Source: Candidatus Iainarchaeum sp.
Lineage (GTDB): Archaea; Iainarchaeota; Iainarchaeia; Iainarchaeales; JAFCCJ01
Assembly (NCBI GenBank): GCA_043816965.1
Contig: JBDRHK010000090.1
Coordinates: forward strand, 1 to 14,028
Reading direction: 5' to 3'
Length of the DNA stretch: 14,028 bases
Every line of letters begins with the position of its first letter. Positions within the stretch are counted from its first letter, which is position 1. Below, one piece after another: positions 9,670 through 14,028 of this stretch. A model generated the notes under the pieces. The model was not told where the DNA came from. It was given only the letters and a program-made list of their open reading frames with translations, and made no database searches. Made by a program: the position numbers and the translations under genes.

Positions 9670-10584
9670 ATGAAGTTCAGAAACATCCTGGAAACTGTGG
9701 GAAACACCCCTATGGTGAGATTGAACAGGATTTCCGGAAAAGGTGCTGCGGAGATTTACGCTAAACTCGAGATGTTCAATCCAGGGGGAAGTGTAAAGGA
9801 CAGGATAGGCATAGGCATGATTGAGGATGCCGAGAGAAATGGCCTGCTTGGGAAAGAATCGGTGATTGTGGAGCCCACATCAGGAAATACGGGAATCGGC
9901 CTGGCAATTGCCGCTTCGGTGAAAGGCTACAGGGTTATTTTTGTGCTGCCGGAAAATTTCAGCATAGAGCGGCAGAAAATATTGAGGGTGTTTGGCGCCG
10001 AACTTGTGCTTACTCCCAAAGAAACAGGAATGGCCGGCGCCGTGGAAAAGGCGGAAGAATTGGTTAAATCTAACAGGAATTATTTCATGCCACAGCAGTT
10101 CAGGAATCCGGCAAATCCAGAAATCCACAGGAAAACCACAGCTAAAGAGATTTTGAAAGATCTCCCTGATTTGGATGTGTTTGTTGCCGGCATCGGGACT
10201 GGGGGAACCCTTACAGGCGTGGGAGAGGTCCTTAAGTCAAAAAATCCAGGAATAAAGGTAGTTGCTGTTGAGCCTGCAGACTCGCCGGTTCTTTCAGGCG
10301 GAAAACCAGGACAACACAAGATACAGGGGATTGGTGCCGGGTTTGTGCCAGAGGTAATGAACCGGGAAATTGTTGACGAAATAATTCAGGTAGGGAATCT
10401 GGAGGCGATAGAAACTGCAAAGCGGCTGGCGAAGGAAGAGGGAATTTTTGCGGGGATTAGCAGCGGGGCGGCGGCATTTGCGGCATTAAAAATTGCGGGA
10501 AAAATAGGGGCAGATAAAAAAATTGTAGTTATTTTGCCCGACACAGGTGAAAGATATTTATCGACAGAACTCGGGGAGGTATAA
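9670..10584 (+). CDS. cysK: Cysteine synthase A (O-acetylserine sulfhydrylase)
   Basis: PLP lysine motif NPGGSVKDRIG, EPTSGNTGIG, QQF.NPAN, GIGTGGT, HKIQGIGAGFVP and PDTGERYLST. Confidence 0.97.
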   Translation: MKFRNILETVGNTPMVRLNRISGKGAAEIYAKLEMFNPGGSVKDRIGIGMIEDAERNGLLGKESVIVEPTSGNTGIGLAIAASVKGYRVIFVLPENFSIERQKILRVFGAELVLTPKETGMAGAVEKAEELVKSNRNYFMPQQFRNPANPEIHRKTTAKEILKDLPDLDVFVAGIGTGGTLTGVGEVLKSKNPGIKVVAVEPADSPVLSGGKPGQHKIQGIGAGFVPEVMNREIVDEIIQVGNLEAIETAKRLAKEEGIFAGISSGAAAFAALKIAGKIGADKKIVVILPDTGERYLSTELGEV

Positions 10585-10586
10585 AA

Positions 10587-11165
10587 ATGGGTTTGATAAA
10601 AACAATCAAGGCAGATATAAAAACATTCAGGGAGAATGACCCTGCGGTTAAAAGCACTCTGGAAATTTTGCTGTGTTACCACACATTCCATGCAATTCTC
10701 ATACACCGCCTTAACCATCCGCTATACAATCTCAATATTCCCATACTCCCCAGGTTTATTTCAATGGTGAACAGGTTTTTCACAGGTGTGGAAATACATC
10801 CCGGGGCAAAGATAGGAGATGGATTTTTCATAGACCATGGTACGGGAACAGTGATAGGAGAAACTGCAAATATAGGAAAGAGCTGTGTTATGTACCAGCA
10901 CGTCACTTTGGGGGGGACGGGAAAGCATACTGGAAAAAGGCATCCTACATTAGGGGAAAATGTTCTTGTGGGGGTTGGCTCAACAATTTTGGGGCCGGTT
11001 AACATTGGGGACAATGCAAAAATCGGGGCAAACACATTCATAATAATGAAGGATGTTCCTGCAAACGCGACAGTTGTTGGGGTGCCTGGAAAAATCGTGA
11101 AAATTAACGGGAGGAAAATAGTGAAGGAACTGAAGAAAACAGTCCTTCCAAATGGTTTTAAATGA
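10587..11165 (+). CDS. cysE: Serine O-acetyltransferase (short EpsC/Bacillus-like form)
   Basis: NDPA, TGVEIHPGAKIG, FIDHGTGTVIGET, VTLGGTGK..GKRHPTLG, hexapeptide repeats and VVGVPGKIV. GGAGGT SD at 10575-10580. Confidence 0.96.
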   Translation: MGLIKTIKADIKTFRENDPAVKSTLEILLCYHTFHAILIHRLNHPLYNLNIPILPRFISMVNRFFTGVEIHPGAKIGDGFFIDHGTGTVIGETANIGKSCVMYQHVTLGGTGKHTGKRHPTLGENVLVGVGSTILGPVNIGDNAKIGANTFIIMKDVPANATVVGVPGKIVKINGRKIVKELKKTVLPNGFK

Positions 11166-11173
11166 TTTCATAG

Positions 11174-11187
11174 GAAAATCTTTAAGT
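11174..11187 (+). promoter_or_regulatory. Candidate BRE/TATA promoter (GAAAATCTTTAAGT) for the tRNA-Cys transcript
   Basis: Purine-rich BRE-like GAAAA followed by TTTAAG (11181-11186). This would put transcription initiation near 11205-11210. Confidence 0.55.
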
Positions 11188-11197
11188 CTCTAGCGAG

Positions 11198-11283
11198 GGC
11201 GAATGGTCGGTTTCGTAGGTTCCCGAAGGGGACTAGGTGAATTCCGTGGGAATTCGCCGTCGTGTCAACTGAGATAGCAGTTG
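11198..11283 (+). ncRNA. Hairpin-rich element upstream of tRNA-Cys (unknown function)
   Basis: Three consecutive stems: TAGGTTCCC-GAA-GGGGACTA (11216-11235), GGTGAATTCC-GTG-GGAATTCGCC (11236-11258) and CAACTG-AGATAG-CAGTTG (11266-11283). An alternative pairing GGCGAAT (11198-11204) with ATTCGCC (11252-11258) is possible. Confidence 0.45.
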
Positions 11284-11284
11284 T

Positions 11285-11356
11285 GCTGAGGTGGCAGAGA
11301 GGCTATGCATCCGCCTGCAGAGCGGAAGATCGGGGGTTCAAATCCCTCCCTCAGCT
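11285..11356 (+). tRNA. tRNA-Cys (anticodon GCA), no intron, CCA not encoded
   Basis: Acceptor stem GCTGAGG/CCTCAGC, D arm GCA-GAGAGGCTA-TGC, anticodon arm TCCGC-CT GCA GA-GCGGA (GCA at 11317-11319) and T arm GGGGG-TTCAAAT-CCCTC. Discriminator U73 is typical of tRNA-Cys. Confidence 0.97.
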
Positions 11357-11358
11357 TT

Positions 11359-12501
11359 ATGAGAATAATGTGGATGTCAGATTCACCCAATGTTTGTTCT
11401 GGTTACGGGACAGTTACGAGGAATCTCCTTGATGGGTTAACGAAAAATACCGGGCATGAATGGCTTGCCCTGGGCTGGCAGTATGTGGGGCAGCCCACGA
11501 GGTGGGGGAATTTCATGATGCTTCCCAGGGGGCAGAGGGCATTTGGGGAGGATATTCTCCCTTATCATTTGCAGCAGTTCAAGCCTGATGTTCTTATTGT
11601 TCTTGCGGACCTTTTTATGGTGAATTATCTCGCTGCAATGGATTTCAAAGATACTAAACTAGTGAATTACTTTCCCGCAGATGGTTTTCCACTTCCCACA
11701 GGAGGGGCAAATGTTCTTATGAAAAATACCCAAGCTGTTGCAATGTCGAAATTCGGGAAAGAGGTTGCAAAGAAAGAGGGGATTGAGACTGAGGTGATAT
11801 ACCATGGTGTTGATTCAAATGTTTTTTCACCTGTAAAGGATAAGGAACAGCTGAAAAGAAACTTGGGGCTTGAGGGGAAATTTGTAATTGGTTTTGCAGG
11901 AAGGAATCAGGAAAGGAAAAAGATTTCGCGTTTGTTGAAGGCATGGAAAATTTTCTCAACTGGGAAGAAGGACGTCCATCTTATCCTGCACACCGACCCC
12001 TTTGACCCTGAGGGGCCGGCATTGCTTGACAGGAAAGGGCCAGGAGGGCAGAAACTGGAGGGGTTGATCTCAGTTTTGGGCGCTGAAAATGTTTCCTTTA
12101 CCCATATGCCCTCTTTTCAGTTAGGGCTTCCCCTGGACCATCTTAATAGGATTTACAATCTCTTCGACATACATGTTTCAGCAACTTTGGGCGAGGGTTT
12201 TGGCCTTACAACTCTTGAGTCAATGGCTTGCGGAGTTCCGAATATTCTCCCGGATAATACAACCGCAAAGGAATTGATTGGAGGGAGGGGGGAACTTGCA
12301 AAAATACAGGCATGGGTTACTGCCAATAACAATGTTGAAATGGGGCTGGTTGATGTTGAGGATATGGCGGCAAAGATGAATTACCTGTATGAAAACGAGG
12401 ATGTGAGAGGGAAGTATTCAAAAAATGGCAGGAAATTTGCCGAGGAAATGGACTGGAAAAATATTGTGCCGCAGTGGGAGAAATTACTTGCAAAACTCTA
12501 A
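11359..12501 (+). CDS. Glycosyltransferase family 4 (GT-B fold), 380 aa
   Basis: N-terminus MRIMWMSDSP..SGYG, VIYHGVD, GRNQERK and the EX7E motif EGFGLTTLESMACGVP. Start moved from 11305, which lies inside the tRNA, to ATG 11359. Confidence 0.92.
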   Translation: MRIMWMSDSPNVCSGYGTVTRNLLDGLTKNTGHEWLALGWQYVGQPTRWGNFMMLPRGQRAFGEDILPYHLQQFKPDVLIVLADLFMVNYLAAMDFKDTKLVNYFPADGFPLPTGGANVLMKNTQAVAMSKFGKEVAKKEGIETEVIYHGVDSNVFSPVKDKEQLKRNLGLEGKFVIGFAGRNQERKKISRLLKAWKIFSTGKKDVHLILHTDPFDPEGPALLDRKGPGGQKLEGLISVLGAENVSFTHMPSFQLGLPLDHLNRIYNLFDIHVSATLGEGFGLTTLESMACGVPNILPDNTTAKELIGGRGELAKIQAWVTANNNVEMGLVDVEDMAAKMNYLYENEDVRGKYSKNGRKFAEEMDWKNIVPQWEKLLAKL

Positions 12502-12564
12502 TTCCGATTTGTGACGAAAAATGCAATACTCATTATTTAATTAACTTGGCAGGAATTTGATTTA

Positions 12565-13506
12565 ATGAAAGAATCCGCAATTTCAATTAAGGGCCTTACA
12601 AAAACCTACGGGAAACTTAAGGCAGTGAATAACATTTCCCTGGAAATTGAGGAGGGCGAATTCTTCGGCTATTTGGGGCCTAATGGCGCGGGGAAAACCA
12701 CCACAATAAATGCGATAGTTGGATTGCTGAACTTCGATAAGGGTAGTGTAAGGGTTTTCGGGAATGATGTGGTTAAGGATTATGTTCAGGCGAGGAAGAT
12801 TATTGGCTTTGCCCAGCAGGAACTGATGTTTGACCCTTTACTTTCGGTTAGGGATATTCTCCATTACCATGGCGGTTACTTCGAAATGAAGGGAGAGATT
12901 CTTGAGAGAATGGTTGAGAAATTAATGAGGGATTTTGGGATAAAGAAAAATGAGAATGACACTTTCCGCAGGCTTTCCGGGGGGATGAAAAGAAGATTGC
13001 AGATTGCAAAGGCATTAATCCACGACCCGAAAATTCTTGTTCTTGATGAGCCAAGTGCAGGGGTTGATGTTGAACTCAGGCATAACCTATGGAGGTATCT
13101 TTCTAGGATTCATAAGGAGGGGAAGACTATTCTCCTTACAACGCATTACATTGAAGAGGCAGAAAAATTGTGTGAAAGGATTGGCGTAATCAATAGGGGG
13201 AAAATTGTCGCCCTGGACAGGAAGGAAAATATGCTTAGGGAGCTGAGTGAGCAGATGATAAAGATTGACCTTAAAGAAAAGATTGACAAAGTTCCTGAAA
13301 GCCTGAAAAATTTCAGGTGCGATTTGGATGTTAAGAAGGGGAGAATTACAGTAAAATGCAAAAATGCGCAAAGCGAACTCGCAAACATAATGAGGAATCT
13401 GGATAAGGAAAATCTGGAGGTCATTAATGTCGATATTGTGAAGGACAATCTTGAGAGCATTTACATAAAACTTACTGGTGAGAAGAATGAACTTAACGGG
13501 CTTTAG
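12565..13506 (+). CDS. ABC-2 type transporter ATP-binding protein (YadG-like)
   Basis: Walker A GPNGAGKTT, signature LSGGMKRR, Walker B LVLDEP and H-loop LTTHY. A TATA-like TTATTTAA at 12533-12540 lies about 25 nt upstream. Confidence 0.95.
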   Translation: MKESAISIKGLTKTYGKLKAVNNISLEIEEGEFFGYLGPNGAGKTTTINAIVGLLNFDKGSVRVFGNDVVKDYVQARKIIGFAQQELMFDPLLSVRDILHYHGGYFEMKGEILERMVEKLMRDFGIKKNENDTFRRLSGGMKRRLQIAKALIHDPKILVLDEPSAGVDVELRHNLWRYLSRIHKEGKTILLTTHYIEEAEKLCERIGVINRGKIVALDRKENMLRELSEQMIKIDLKEKIDKVPESLKNFRCDLDVKKGRITVKCKNAQSELANIMRNLDKENLEVINVDIVKDNLESIYIKLTGEKNELNGL

Positions 13507-14028
13507 GGCACTGACAATCAGGGAGATAAAGAGGTTTATGCGGATTCCCGCGCAGACCATACTCCCTCCGATAATTTCCTCTGCATTGTTTATTCTCATT
13601 TTTGGCTCTTTTATCGGGGGGAATGTTGGCGAGGTTGAGGGGGTTCCATACATCCTTTTCTTTGTGCCAGGGCTGGTTATGCTAAATGTCATTACAAGCA
13701 GCTATTCCAATTCCGCATTTTCGCTTTTCATAATGCGATTTCTAAATCACATAAGCGATATTCTCACAGCACCGCTTTCATATATTGAGATAGTGCTTGC
13801 ATTTGTAATTGGGGCAGTAATAAGGGGGATGATTGTGGGGATTCTCATATTTGCTGTTTCGGCATTTTTTGTTGAGCTGAGTTTCCACAATCCCTTGTTT
13901 GTGGTTTTTTTCATAGTTATTACTTCGATAATTTTTTCCTCCATTGGCTTGATTGTCGGCTTATGGTCAAGGGAATTTGAGCATCTGGAACTTTTTACCA
14001 CATTCCTTATCACCCCTCTCGTATTTCT
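13487..14028 (+). CDS. ABC-2 type transporter permease (YadH-like), truncated by the window end; absent from the ORF track
   Basis: ATG 13487 with GGTGA SD at 13477-13481. Reads MNLTGFRALTIREIKRFMRIPAQTILPPIISSALFILIFG...YILFFVPGLVML and stays hydrophobic and open to the edge. Overlaps the ATPase by 20 nt. Confidence 0.92.
   Translation, partial: MNLTGFRALTIREIKRFMRIPAQTILPPIISSALFILIFGSFIGGNVGEVEGVPYILFFVPGLVMLNVITSSYSNSAFSLFIMRFLNHISDILTAPLSYIEIVLAFVIGAVIRGMIVGILIFAVSAFFVELSFHNPLFVVFFIVITSIIFSSIGLIVGLWSREFEHLELFTTFLITPLVF

Noticed and set aside
11305..11358. N-terminal extension of the glycosyltransferase in the ORF track
   Set aside because: It lies within the tRNA-Cys gene; ATG 11359 gives a typical GT4 N-terminus.
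11285..14028. Integrated element or provirus at tRNA-Cys
   Set aside because: No integrase, att direct repeat or viral structural gene is visible in the window.

Overview
Archaeal chromosomal segment; a DPANN-like host is my impression only and is not established. The + strand starts with a KH-domain RNA-processing gene, top6B and top6A. top6A is interrupted by a 490-aa LAGLIDADG intein placed immediately before the TOPRIM DxD motif. A convergent - strand cluster encodes a ThiI/THUMP protein with a degenerate PP-loop, a HAD hydrolase, an Mre11/SbcD-like nuclease and acetyl-CoA synthetase. A cysteine module follows on the + strand: an unannotated 20-codon leader ORF MSGQNNKKKCTCNCCCCCCC (9542-9604) with alternative RNA pairings, then cysK, cysE, a hairpin-rich ~80-nt region and tRNA-Cys(GCA). 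The window ends with a GT4 glycosyltransferase and a YadG/YadH-like ABC-2 transporter, whose permease is cut off. The most notable signal is the poly-Cys leader, a candidate cysteine-sensing, ribosome-mediated attenuator in an archaeal genome.
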